Origin: Zancudomyces culisetae HAW-14-8
Lineage: Eukaryota > Fungi > Kickxellomycota
Reading direction: 5' to 3'
NCBI GenBank assembly: GCA_052426225.1
Contig: JBNJNM010000015.1
Coordinates: forward strand, 1,612,001-1,676,000
Length of the DNA stretch: 64,000 nucleotides
Shown: one piece after another, positions 13,127 through 25,517 of the stretch
Numbering within the stretch: the first letter of the stretch is position 1
Layout of the letters: every line of letters begins with the position of its first letter
The notes under the pieces: model-generated
Told to the model about the DNA's origin: nothing
Seen by the model: the letters and a program-made list of their open reading frames with translations, nothing else
The model's database searches: none
Made by a program: the position numbers and the translations under genes

Positions 13127-15069
13127 TTAGCGTTGAAGATGAAGAGGTCTTGAATTAATTCCAACAGGGCTTTGGAAGTACCCCGAATTTGGATTGTTTA
13201 CAATGGCAGGCGTGTACGGCGGGTAACCTGCTATTAGTATAGTTTAGAACACTGGGCTTTTATCTCGAGGAGGAAAGCAATACATAATCTAAACACGGTG
13301 AAAAAAAAACACAAACCTTTATTGTTCCAGCTAGTTCCAAAACTCTGCGAGTTCTTCGGCGTCATTTTTGGACGTCTGAGAATATTGTGATCATCGGAAG
13401 GAAGTGCGTATTTAGCGGGAAACACCCTCCCAATACTTGGGCTGGCTACAACCGAGTTCCTAGAAAAATAACCATTATTGGATGTATACTGAGGTGCAAT
13501 AGAATAAGTTCTCCTTTGAGTCTCAGGAAAGGCATTATTGGGTTGAGGGGTCGCGTTGTAATTGATGGGACCTACATGCGTTAATATATTCATAGGAGTT
13601 GGCCTGAAAAGAAAAAGGATTCAGTAGTACGGTAATAGTATGGAGATCATACCTGGTGTTTGTTTTCCGTCGTGGTGTCCTACTGGGTATATCGGAGGCA
13701 CACCAAACTGTTGTTTGTGTTGCATTGATACAGGGAATGTTGGAATATCTATCAAATCATATTTATGCATATTTACTGATACATGTAATTTGTTTACCTA
13801 CAAGTGGATACTCAAGGCCTATTCTAACAGTAGACTTACTTTGGCTAGTCTGATAAAAGTTGACTGGATTCTATTTGCAAAGAAAGTTTAACTTTTGTGT
13901 TGGTTATGTATCCATGTATATAAATTTTTCCATATCCAAAAACCATCTGTTTACATTTTGCACCACATTCTGCCTGGCATAATTTTCAAAATATTCGGCT
14001 CCAAACGAATTACCCTCACTACTCAGTGTTTTCGTTGCAGTGCTTCCCAGGCGCGGGAGTATCTGCTTGTTTTTACTTTGATTCTTCTCTACCTAAAAAA
14101 GAATATTGATATTATCGATAGTATCGATATATAGTAGTCAAGGTGTAGGTATAGCACGATAACGTACCTGAAGCTTTTTAATCGTTCTGCATTTGTCTTG
14201 TAGCTGTTGGCCTAAGTTGTAGCTCAGTTTTTTTTCGGCCTCCAGCTCCTTTTTAGCCTGGATACTCGCTTCCTTTGACACTATACCCGCATAGTTAATG
14301 CGATAAAAATGTTTAAAATGGGAAAATCGTGATACAGAAAAAAGTATAATCCATTTAAACAGGCAAAAGACAGGTTCTCTATTTTACTTTTATATTTTTG
14401 CTGCCAATCTTTAACTATTGAAACTGCCTTGGTTTCAATCTTTTTGGTTTTGTTATTGGCTTTTTTGACTAGAATATCCTGAAATGCCAATTCTTGGGAC
14501 ATCTGATATACCCAAAACGCTAGTGCTCTAGAGCACACCTCCATTATCACATCAGGCGTTTGCCCTGCTAGAACCATCTAATAATTTGCACATCAACTTC
14601 AATTTCCAGAAATCTTATATTTAACCAAGTGATTATAAAACTTACTGATTTAAACGACTCGGTGGGATTTAATGACACTGAAAGAATATTATCACTATTT
14701 TATACACCATTGTTGGTTGAGCTCTAAATCTTTTGCAATCGTTTGATATACAATGCTAGCTGCATATACATATGGTATTAAGCAACAAATACCTCTCGGA
14801 AAGACTGCTTTCACATGCTGGACAAACCAGGGCTATGTTAAACGCCTTTGAAGCACATCCCTTACAGAATATATCTATTTTACGAGTAAACATACATACA
14901 CGCATTTATTTTATTTTATTTTATTATAACAAAAAATGTGAAGATATGGTAAATAAACAAGTATAAACTTATTACGGGAACATGATGTAACTACTGCTTC
15001 GTTAGCCTCGATATTTAGCGTACTCCTACATTGAACATTATTGCACCTTAGTGTACTTCCGAAGGCCAT
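13127..15069 (-). CDS. HEI10: HEI10/CCNB1IP1 RING E3 ligase (meiotic crossover factor), multi-exon
   Basis: Spliced translation MAFGSTLRCNNVQCRSTL...AVVTSCS/HIFCKGC...LVCPACESSL.../LNPTESFKS/MVLAGQTPDVIMEVCSRALAFWVYQMSQE, then coiled coil and an S/P/N-rich tail ending ...PLHLQR* at 13127. The 3' exons are less certain. Confidence 0.85.
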
Positions 15070-16095
15070 AATATACCTTTTCTATTTTAAATCGTGAACT
15101 GGTTTCGATTAGGGGTTGTTGGATGTATCTCTTGAGGTTGAGGTATCTGATTTTAAAGTTTGAGTTGCCTATGTATGCTATTATATTTGCACTCAACACC
15201 ATTTAGTATTCCTAAAAAAATAAAATGAAAATAAAAACACCAACAATAGCGTATGGTTATTCAAATACTTAAACATATGCCATTTTTGTTCTCTATTGTT
15301 TTGACAAGAAAATAAATGCATGGCATTTATCGAATACAGATCACTATGTTTTTTGTAGAGCACAATTACTGAAGGAAGGGAATGGGGGGGGGGGGGAGGC
15401 GAGAGGCGAGTAAAATTCTATCTAGTTGGTTTTATGGTTGGTGTTGCATATCAGCTGTGTTGAGTTGTGCAAGAAAAAAATGAAATGGTTCTAATGGCAG
15501 TTGTTTATTGTATTCGCAGTGGTATACTTTTATACATGTTAAGTGTTAGTGAACATTCTTCAAAGCGATGATATCTATATAGCTTTCTAAAATGTAATCA
15601 AAAATACTGGCACTGATAAAGCTCGAGTTTGGTGTTATATGTTTAAAGTTTTTGGCTTATGCTTATGCTTTGGCTTTGAGTTTGATTTATTTAATGGAGT
15701 GTTTGACAAACTTTTGTGGATGAAAAATGTTAATAAATGACAGAATAAATAAACCAAGTTGCGATTTTCTGAACAAACCATATAAGGGCGAAAAAACCAT
15801 TAAAACCCTCTCAACTCTAAAGTAGCAAAAAAAAAAAAACGCTTTTGAAGAGACTGTAACAACCCTCCCCTCAATTGTGCCACATGTATCAAGACTAGAT
15901 AAAAAAAAAGTATTATAGTATTTGTATAGTAGGTGAGATTTGAAAATGAGGTAAGTATACTATTAGAACATAAAATATAAAACATAGAAGATAGAAGATA
16001 GAACATAGAACGCAGTATGTAAAGCAAATGTAACACCAAATAGCAGCGCGGAAGTACAAGGGAATGAAGAGATATCACTTACCCCAGAGAAGATT

Positions 16096-16674
16096 GTGGA
16101 ACATGAGCCAGAAAAGACGGGTATTGAGGAGGAATTAGCGGAAACCAGAAATAGCCAAAGGCCTTTGCGGTCACGTGCAGATGTGCCTATGTTTCGCGAA
16201 GGGAGATTTGCGTTACAACGCGTATTGGGGACACTCAAAAGAGCAAATGTGGATTTAAGCACAAAAACAGAAAAACAAATAAATAGAGAAAAGATTGAAG
16301 AAAAGCTACGGGAAAAGTTATATGAAGAACGAAGAGAGCTGCTCGAAAGGTCGGAGATCTTAAAAAACGAAAAGCTCGAGAAGCAAAAGGCTACGCTTAT
16401 TAAGCAGCGGATAAAGGAAAAGAGGAAAAAACTGAAAGAGGCGGGATATTTGAGAACACTCACGTCTCCGCAGGTTTTTTATCTTCCAAAAATCATAACA
16501 GCAGAAAACCAAAAGATAATAGACGAACAAATCAAGGAGGTAGAGGAGGAATACAAAGATGTGGATGTTATTGAAAACGATGAGATAGAGGAAAGGGAAA
16601 CAAATGTAGAAAGAATGATAGTTGATGAAGATAACGACTTTGAGAGAGAAGATATGAAAATTATTAATAGTTAA
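16096..16674 (+). CDS. Pinin/SDK/memA-domain protein (splicing/EJC associated); true start probably upstream
   Basis: R-x-LGTL, then a charged coiled coil (REKIEEKLREKL) and LRTLTSPQVFYLP resemble the Pinin_SDK_memA domain. The frame is open back to an AG acceptor near 16008, with a GTAAGT donor at 15951. Confidence 0.6.
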   Translation: MEHEPEKTGIEEELAETRNSQRPLRSRADVPMFREGRFALQRVLGTLKRANVDLSTKTEKQINREKIEEKLREKLYEERRELLERSEILKNEKLEKQKATLIKQRIKEKRKKLKEAGYLRTLTSPQVFYLPKIITAENQKIIDEQIKEVEEEYKDVDVIENDEIEERETNVERMIVDEDNDFEREDMKIINS

Positions 16675-17120
16675 TGTTTAAGATATTCATTATTATCCTG
16701 ATAATCTTTACCACTAAAATAAAGTCAAAAAAGTAAAAAGATTATTAGAGTTGCTTGTGCTTCATTGAGTGAATTCTTTAGTAGAGGGGAAGAAAAAATG
16801 AGAAACAGTGAGAAGGGCGAGTGAGAAGGAGGAGTGGGGAAGGGGATGAGAAAGGGTGATGGTAAAAGTTAGTTGATTCTGGATGTGTTCATTTCCGAGT
16901 TTCAATCCACGTGACGAGGAATAATCTGAGCTGTGAAGAAAAAAAATTTGAAAAATCCCGCAAATGATTGAAAAAGTTTGATGAAATCGAGAAAAAAAAA
17001 ATTTTTTTTTTTCGTTTTTTTTTGTGAGCAATAATTTATTTTTTATAGAAACAGTATATAGAATATAGAAGTAATAGGAGCAGAATCAAGAGTTGGAATG
17101 ATAAATGTAAGAGATCGAGA

Positions 17121-20100
17121 ATGGGATTCGAAATAAAAAAAGAGGCAGAACTAAAAGAGACAAGAAGGAGTAAGGTGAAAAGTGGAGTTTTGGGGTATGG
17201 AGTAAGCACCATTGGAGGTATACAGGGTCCAAGAAAAGACGAAGAGATTCAAAATGCTCTTGAAGACATTGAGGAAACCACTGTGCTTGAAACTATACCA
17301 GGAGAGGTAATACGACTTTTATCAGTTGATAGAGATCAAGTGATCAAAGAATGGAGGGTTGAGGATAAGAAGCAGGAAGTACGCACACTGGCCAAATACA
17401 TTAGAGTTCAACAAGGGGAACAGGCTGGTGGAGAGGAAGGTGGATATATCTATGTAGGAATGAAAAACGAAGCTGGTTTGGAGGAAATATGGCGTATAGA
17501 CGACAGGAGCGATCGAATGGAAACGGATGGGTATGAGAAAATCACAATAAAACAAGATCAGGTGTTTGGTAACAATGAAAAGGAGCGAGTTGAGGCAATA
17601 GAAGATGCAGGAAATGGTGATGTAATGTTTGTTGGAGATAAGTGTGGAGTGGTGGTAATGGATAAAGACTTTGAAAACAAATACAAGATAGTTGGAAGAG
17701 GAAAGCTTGCAGACAAGGAATGGAGTACTAAATACATTAAGATTATGGAGTTTGGAAGGGAGGACAAAAGTGACGGTTCGGAGCTGCTGAAAGAGCTGGT
17801 TAAAAAAGTTTCTAAACAACAAAATGGAAAGTTTGTAGTTGTGCTTGGTAAGGACGAAAAGTCAAGAAAAACCAAAATGTTTGTTTATTTTATAAACACA
17901 AAAGACCAGGAAGTGGACTTGGTATTTAGTGTAGACATGAAAGGCATAGATATAGAACGAGGTACTGTTGAAGTAGGAACAAACAAAGTCATGATGGTGG
18001 ACAGGTTTGGGAGGTATAAGGAGTATTTGATGGAGAGGAAGCAGCGAAAAATCAAGACAAAGTATGGAGTGGAGGTGGAAAAGGAAGAGTTGAGTATAAA
18101 CACCAAAGAAAGTAACAAAGTCAAGTTCCAGGGATATTTTGTTAGCAAGCTAGAAGAAAAGAACCAGCAGAGTGTTAAAATCATCGAGTTGAGAGAGAAT
18201 GTAGTTGCATTACTTGGATATAGAGTAAAAGAGGGTAAAACTGGAGAACATGTGCTAACTATGTGGGACATTGGCAACAAGGTAATGTTAGCGGAGGAGA
18301 ATATTACAATTGGCGATTTGAAGAGTACCAAAGCGAGTGACGATGAAAAAAACATGGCAGGATGCAGCTACCAGGTAGAAGTAGTCGGGAGAAGCAGCGA
18401 TATGTTTGAGCTATGTATAGTTGTAAATACAGAAAACGAAAAGGATCAAATGGAATCAAGGATCTACAGTTTCAGTGTTCAAGTACCACGACCCACATTA
18501 TCAGAGCTGCTAAAAGCAAAGATTTTGAATACAAACAGGTATAGCAATGACAATGGCGAAGACACCAGCGGAATGGCAAAAGAATTTGTGTTTGACAAAA
18601 CAAAGGTTCCTTCGTTGGTGGGTGATAAGGAAAGAGTCCAGCAACAACAACAAGCACTTGTAATTTGCAGGCTAATAGACACAATGTATTCAGAAAGCTC
18701 TGAAAAAACGCCCAAGGCAAAAGCAGATAAAAAACAAAAGGACAACATTAAGGATAGAGTTATGCAGTACCTCAATGATGATAGCTTGGTGGTTGCTCAA
18801 GATAACACAGGCATTACTGCCGCTGCAAAACAGGTAGTTGCTAGACTATACGAAGAAAGTATCAAATATATCATCAACAGCGAATCTGCTAGTGGGCCAG
18901 TATACGACTTTTCCATAAACGCCATTAGGGCAATCGTTGAAAACAAACTGATATTAGGTTATCTTTATTCAGAATATTTTGGATCTGGTAGCACCTGTGC
19001 TGATTCACCCAGGCTTTTGGGTGTTTTAACGCAAAAATTGTTTACTACAGACGGAAAAACAAACGAAAAAATTGCCGATCTGATAGTTTTGTGTTTGGAA
19101 CAAGAAGGGTACACAATCCACATTAGCGAGCAAGAAATGGTAGATTTGTTGATAAGCAAACTGGCTCTCAAAATAGTAAATGGGAACAACAAGATCCAAA
19201 CAATTTTCAATGGTTTAGACTCGATAACAACAGCGCTTTCGGAAGAAGATGGAGTTGCATTTGGCCAGTTGCCAGGTTTTAGGCTGCGCAAAGTTCTTAA
19301 TCTCGACATTGATGATGATTCTAGCAATGAAAGGGGTGCAAGAAAATCCAAGCTCAAAAATAAAACCAAAAATAAACGTAAAACCAAGAATAAAATCAAG
19401 AATATCAACAGTCTGAAAAATCTATTTTCATCACAAATATTCAAAATCTTTAAACTGACCGCCTTTAAACTCACCACTGGCAGGCCATTCTCTGCAAATT
19501 TATTTATCGACCCTGTCAAGTTGACCAAGTTGATACATCTAGCCACGTCATCGCTTCACCAAAACGTTTCTACGGGCGTTTACATTCTTTTGTTGAACAC
19601 TCTCAATATCCTGCTTTATGAAAATATCGAAAATCTTAACATTCCAAAGCTGCTATCAGATAATATCAACTTTAGATTTATCCACTCCCACCAAAATAAC
19701 AACACATCTAAAGCCCTTTCTGCTTTCAACGCCAGCTCTATTAAATGTGGAATTGACAACTTTGATGGAATAGTTCTTTGGCTGAATTGTATTTTGGATA
19801 CTGTTAGAGTCTACTCTCCAATATTTTCTATTACTGCTGCTACCACTTCAACCACCACCACCACCACCACCACCACAGCCACCAGCACCAGTGCTGGCAA
19901 GAGTATTGAGGATGAAAGTGGTAATTTAAATGTAGATGCAAGCGAAAATGAGAAAAAGAGCAAGAAGGAGAATGATAATAACAGCAAACATTTTATGAAT
20001 GCCATCAAGAACCTGCAGACCACAATTACTTATTCAGACTATCTGTTTAACAAAGTGTATGCGAATGAGATTCTTCCTGCCTTAATTCCTTATAAACTAA

Positions 20101-20288
20101 ACTACGACTACCACTTTTCTTATCCACATGCCACTAATGCTAACAGCAGTGTCGTTCGCACTGATGGTATCCAGACTAACGAGCAATCAACCTCAATCAC
20201 TGCTCTTTCTGGTGATTTGACATTACCAACTCAATTTAACTTGTTTGCTAAACCCGATAATTACACTGTTGATTATTTGTATTGGTAA
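17121..20288 (+). CDS. 1055-aa intronless protein, probable NOL11/Utp8-like SSU processome (t-UTP) subunit
   Basis: Long ORF with a beta-rich N-half and helical C-half. VLETIPGEVIRLLSVDRDQVIKEWRV resembles the NOL11 N-terminal segment and the C-terminal YTVDYLYW resembles the Utp8/NOL11 terminal Y-T/S-x-E-x-L motif. The CDS is secure; the family call is from memory. Confidence 0.55.
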   Translation: MGFEIKKEAELKETRRSKVKSGVLGYGVSTIGGIQGPRKDEEIQNALEDIEETTVLETIPGEVIRLLSVDRDQVIKEWRVEDKKQEVRTLAKYIRVQQGEQAGGEEGGYIYVGMKNEAGLEEIWRIDDRSDRMETDGYEKITIKQDQVFGNNEKERVEAIEDAGNGDVMFVGDKCGVVVMDKDFENKYKIVGRGKLADKEWSTKYIKIMEFGREDKSDGSELLKELVKKVSKQQNGKFVVVLGKDEKSRKTKMFVYFINTKDQEVDLVFSVDMKGIDIERGTVEVGTNKVMMVDRFGRYKEYLMERKQRKIKTKYGVEVEKEELSINTKESNKVKFQGYFVSKLEEKNQQSVKIIELRENVVALLGYRVKEGKTGEHVLTMWDIGNKVMLAEENITIGDLKSTKASDDEKNMAGCSYQVEVVGRSSDMFELCIVVNTENEKDQMESRIYSFSVQVPRPTLSELLKAKILNTNRYSNDNGEDTSGMAKEFVFDKTKVPSLVGDKERVQQQQQALVICRLIDTMYSESSEKTPKAKADKKQKDNIKDRVMQYLNDDSLVVAQDNTGITAAAKQVVARLYEESIKYIINSESASGPVYDFSINAIRAIVENKLILGYLYSEYFGSGSTCADSPRLLGVLTQKLFTTDGKTNEKIADLIVLCLEQEGYTIHISEQEMVDLLISKLALKIVNGNNKIQTIFNGLDSITTALSEEDGVAFGQLPGFRLRKVLNLDIDDDSSNERGARKSKLKNKTKNKRKTKNKIKNINSLKNLFSSQIFKIFKLTAFKLTTGRPFSANLFIDPVKLTKLIHLATSSLHQNVSTGVYILLLNTLNILLYENIENLNIPKLLSDNINFRFIHSHQNNNTSKALSAFNASSIKCGIDNFDGIVLWLNCILDTVRVYSPIFSITAATTSTTTTTTTTTATSTSAGKSIEDESGNLNVDASENEKKSKKENDNNSKHFMNAIKNLQTTITYSDYLFNKVYANEILPALIPYKLNYDYHFSYPHATNANSSVVRTDGIQTNEQSTSITALSGDLTLPTQFNLFAKPDNYTVDYLYW

Positions 20289-20951
20289 AGAAACAGTATA
20301 GTTTCCATATCAGTCTAGTTTCTCGTTTTGAACCTTTACCTTATCTTTTTTTTTTCCTTTCTACAATTTAAAACCTATTATTAATTGTTTTTGTGAATAA
20401 AGAGTGAAAAAATGATTAGACGGGTAAATACATCAAGCATGTAAATTAGATCCCTCCTCCCTCCGTCCTACAAACTGAATTACTATTTTTTGTCCGGCTC
20501 TTTGGTTGATTAAAACATTTCTTGAAAATATCTTTTATTTATCTTGAAATGTCATTAAATATATACCATTATATCCCACCCCTAACATTTAAATATTTTT
20601 TGCATCTTGCATTAAATATGAACTTAGGCGCTTTGAGCGCTTTTCATTAAACGATCCTTATTTGCATAATTAAAAGCAAGAAAATAAAAACAAGTAAATA
20701 TATGCTTTTTTTTTTGTAACTTGGTTTTAGGGTTTATTGACATGAGCAGCAAATTTAATAGGCTTTTTATTTTTTTTTCCCCCCCAGTACCACAACATCC
20801 ACTTATAACAAGCCTTTAAAGACACCAAATTAATTCCACCAAGTTTTATAACCCCCCCCCCTCAAAAGCCTGTTCATATAAGTAAAATAATATTTTATAA
20901 TATTCCAAATCCAAATCCAAAACAATATTAAAAAAAGAATTAAAAACGACA

Positions 20952-21869
20952 ATGAGAGTGTACTATTTGGGAATTGTAGATAGCAACAGCACCCCAGGAA
21001 AAGCTCTTGTTATTGCAAATGATGTTTCTTCGATCGGATATTTCCAGAGAGCTAGGTACCTTTTTTGTTTCCTATTGCATTTTTATATTTCTTTAAACAC
21101 TATAATTCTATTACTTTGCTTCTGTTTGTTAATAGCGTGCAAGAGTTCTTGAATTTCTTTGCAATTACTGTGGCTGACAGAACAAGTCTCTCCAATCGAC
21201 AAGGTGTAGAAGAAAACAGTAAGTACCCACCCCCATCACCCTCTCACTCCTTTCTCTTCCTCTGAAATTAACTTTTATTTGGTATCAAAATTGAGTTATT
21301 CATTTTTGGGGATCCCTACAGCGTGAATACCTAGATTCAAACATTTAGATATAATGTATAAATAGACTATACTGCCTACGTTTATAAACGAGATGATAAT
21401 AAGGCAGGTGTGGTAATTACCGACACTGACTACCCGAAACGGGTGGCAATAGGTTTGGCTGCAAAAATAGTCGACGACTATGTTACTAATCCTGCACAAA
21501 CAGATCTACCGGGCACACTTGCCAGATACCAAAACCCAAGACAAGCTGATACGATTATGAATATTCAGCAGGAACTTGACGAAACCAAACTTGTATTAGT
21601 AAGTCATTGACTATTCATAAAAACATCCGCAATACACCTTTTTTTTTTTTGGATAGTATCTGTGTAGTTTACAATTTAAAATATGTACCCTCTAGTAAAA
21701 ACAACTACAACCATTTTAACGTGCAAAATAGAACAAGACCATAGAATCAGTTTTGGAACGTGGTGAAAGACTTGATGACTTGGTTGAAAAAAGCAACACT
21801 CTATCCGATCAATCGAAAATGTTTTACAAAACTGCAAAGAAAACCAACTCTTGCTGTTCCATAATGTGA
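20952..21869 (+). CDS. YKT6: Ykt6 longin R-SNARE, multi-exon
   Basis: MRVYYLGI...[10 protein letters not shown]; [13 protein letters not shown]; [24 protein letters not shown]; last exon [45 protein letters not shown] (CCAAX). Confidence 0.95.
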
Positions 21870-22014
21870 AATATTGTTAGATGTAGATACCCAATAAACT
21901 TGCTCTAAACTATACCCACATGTCAGCCCTTTATTAAAACTCTTTTTTTTTTATCTTTTTGTATTTATACAAAAACTGTTATCAAATCTAAATATACATA
22001 TTGAAAAACATCTT

Positions 22015-24435
22015 TCAATTCGGGATTGGCTCTTCGAGCATGTCAGGCGACACTTCTTGATCTAGCTCTAGGTGTACATCGTTCTTTGCGTTCTTAGTAT
22101 TGGTGAGCTGACTTTCAGTTAGGTTTTGATGGCTACTAACATCACCAATAGTATCTTTAGCAGAACTGTCCTTCACAATCTCTATCTGTGAATTACTAGA
22201 GATAATGTCTTGGCTAGTAACCGAGGCAAGCAAAGTGTCAGCAGATGCCTTTTTAGTTTGAGTGGATTGTATTTCGCCTAACATTTTGTTGTACTCTGCT
22301 TGAATGTCGTCGTCAATATTGTTGTCATTAATATATTCTTCGAATTCGTTTTTAGCATTGGTCTCAGGATTGTAAGAGCTGGAGGCGGATCTTGCCATTA
22401 ACTTTCCGTGGGCTGTAATAATGTCGCTAATTTCATTTTGTTCCTCCAACAACTCGCTTAGTTCATCAAACGCCTGCTGGACATCGTCAACACTGAGAGT
22501 CTTTACACTATTCTTGTCTTTGCTTCTACCCAAGATTCCTAAACCGAAGCCGATAGTCGCCAAAATTCCACTTTGTTCACCATTAACATCATTTCTGGCG
22601 GCGCTGCTCGGGTGATATGTTTGTAACGTCTTCAACACAGAAATTGTGTCCTGATATACTTTGTAACTGCTAATGTTATCGGAAATGTTTTGAATTTGTG
22701 TGATGACTCCTCGCAGATTTTCCCCGAGTTGTTCTCGCTGTGGAATCATTACTTTATTCAGATAATACAGCAGTTTCAGTTTTTGCTTCATTCCTGGGAT
22801 ATCTATTATATTTACAGACTTTTCTGTATTTTCTGTTGACAACGTATCCTCACTTTGCAGGTTACTTTGGTTCAACCTTTTTTTGAGATCGATTTCTTTG
22901 AGTAAACTATTAAATGTAGGTTCAAATTGTTTGTAGCAACTATTATTGAATACAAGAAAAGAATATAAAAAACAAATCAGTGCGCGTTACCTTTTGACCT
23001 TATCTTGCAATTGCTCTACTTGTTTATTAACCTTTTCCACCATTAACAAAATATTAACAATCTGAAAATCTGCATGGTTCACTATCTGCTCTTCAGCCTC
23101 CGTTTCAGCGCCTGGACTACTTGATCCGTCAATAAATTTGATTACCACCTATACAATAATTAGAACCAAAATGATTTTAATTATCCTGTGTTATCACCAG
23201 GCTGATTTGTTTAAAAAAAAAGGCATCGCAACCAAAATGCAGGGCATATACTCAATATATTTTAGTCCAGGTTGTTTTCTTACTGTGTTTCTATCTATCC
23301 CGCTCGTCCCAACAGCTATTTTTTTATCACGCCTCAGAGCATAAAGAATAATCTGACAGTCTACCTCGTTGAGTTCCCTGGTTAACATATCAGTACGCCC
23401 GGCTTTATCGATAATGTTATTTGTATCTTTAGTATCTTGGAATGTATTTTTTTCAGCCCCTTGTTCTCCAAGACACCCTTCAAATATTTCTCTAAACTGT
23501 TGCACAGTCATAAGTCTATCGAGTACTGGAAATACGGTTCGTTCAGCCTGTTTCTTCAGTATCCTCTGGCATATTTTCTATATTAAACGTAGTTTGCAGG
23601 CAGATAAACGCATTTTCCCCAGTATTTGGGCATGACGGTATATAGTATAAGCATATATGATCTACCTTTACATATCGGTTTACTACAAATATGTTTTCAA
23701 CACCATCATTACTACTCTTTTTGTTGTCATAAAGCTCGCTACCGCCACTACTAAACTCTCCCCGACTAGTAGCGTTGGAGTCACGATTGGCTATTTTGCT
23801 ATTCCCGCTTATAGAAAACATGCCTAAAAACCTACTTATTAGGCTAGAGTAACCTTGTTCCTGAAAATACTCGTCAATTCTGCTTATTTCGTCATTATTT
23901 ATCATTTCCGACTATGAGATACAGCAATTAAAATACTAACTCAATGTTCTGCACATATCTTGTGTCAAGCCCCACCACAATAATAAATGAAAATCTTACG
24001 ATTACAGAGTCTAAACCGGCTGGCAGGTAATCACCCATCTGAAACTTGATATCTAACCCATTTTTATCGATACATGTATAAATGAAATCCTGTGTGTTGT
24101 GGCTTGCTGTCTCTATTTCATACGCAAAGTTTTAATATTCATTCGTCGATCGCCTTTAAACATTCGTTATTTTAGTTACAGAATTAGATATTTCCCGTGT
24201 TATGCTTACCTATGTTTAACCCGGCAAGTCGTTTTATTGTGTCTAAATCGACTTCATAGTTGTGTATTTTCAGCAGACCCAACTCTGTGCATTCATATAT
24301 TATCCGTTTCCAAAAGGCAACGCTTTTATTGTAATGCTGCAAATGATCCTTTGCATGTGCACCAAAGTCTGCATACAACGCATTTCTTGATTCTGGGTCG
24401 TTTATTTCTGCTATAGTACTCAGGTATTGTTCCAT
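22015..24435 (-). CDS. CHMP7: CHMP7/Cmp7 ESCRT-II/III hybrid (winged-helix plus Snf7 domain), multi-exon
   Basis: N-terminus SRNALYADF...YNKSVAFWKRII fits CHMP7. The C-terminal ORF is Snf7-like (ENLRGVITQIQNISDN...SVDDVQQAFDELSELLEEQNEISDII...DDIQAEYNKM). Confidence 0.78.
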
Positions 24436-24896
24436 TCCTTTAAATATATATATATATACACTTATTTTATTTTTTTGCACTTTAAATTATTAATGTATAT
24501 TAAATAAGAGTAGTTGCCATTTGATGAAAGAAAAATAGTCTCAGGTTGATATTTTCAGTTAGTTTTTTGATCTGTGTTTTCAGGTAGGAATGGTAAAACA
24601 GCTATGGAAGTGCATCGGATTGGGCAGATTATTCAAACTCACCCAGAATAATCCAATTAGAGGCACAGTGATGAACATACCCAGTTTTAAGAGTTACAAA
24701 ACTTGAGTTCCTCCGTATATGCATCAGCTCATACCAAGGGTATATACATACTTTCTCCGTGTATATCTTGCAAACACGAACCCCACCGCACGAATAGCTT
24801 ATAAACTGAAATCTCAGCGACGTGTAAACAATGGGAAAAGTTGGAATCCTTGAGAATACAAGTTTAGTGCTTTCAAATACTTTGTACTTTGAGCTC

Positions 24897-24924
24897 GATA
24901 CTTGATACTTGATACTTGATACTT
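24897..24924. repeat. (GATACTT)4 heptamer microsatellite
   Basis: Four perfect copies in the CHMP7/WRS1 intergenic region. Confidence 0.85.
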
Positions 24925-25517
24925 GAAAGTGTAAAAAATACTCCCTTGTTTTATTTGCAAAAAACATATCCTACGTTAAGAGTATTTTTTTGATGTGGGG
25001 TTTTTAGGAAAAAGACGAGACGCTCTGGAATAGAGATTATCCACCATGTTTAGTAATATTTTTACATATCATAGTGACAAAGAATATCGGTGTAACTGCA
25101 CAATTAAAGTAAAAGAAGGTGTAAGGAAGCCAAACAATGAGCAATTGCCGAGGGGGAGAGAGTTTATTAAATTTTGCTGTACCTATTGTGAGAATTGGCT
25201 TGTTTTGATTCCTGTTTGTGACGCTTTTTTGAGTACAATTTGAGTTGGAAAGAGCAAAAATAAATAAAAAAATTTTTTTTATTGGTGATTCATTTGCTGA
25301 GCTAACATGTAATTATTGAGCAAATCGTCATGATTTTAATTACTAATGAAAAAACGATTAAATAATATGTCAATAAAAAAAATATTAATCCAAGTAAATA
25401 TAAGGAAGATTCCAAGTTACAAAAGCACAAAAGCACAAAAGCCTTTTGGGATTTGACTCGTAAAATATATACCTAGATTCTATTAATAACTAGTTATCCA
25501 AAAGACAATAAAAAGCA

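Noticed and set aside
21850-21869. TGA after a Cys pair in YKT6 as a possible selenocysteine codon (some early-diverging fungi use Sec)
   Set aside because: CCSIM* is the normal Ykt6 CCAAX prenylation end. I saw no in-frame TGA at a conserved Cys position in any gene here, but a SECIS search was not possible.
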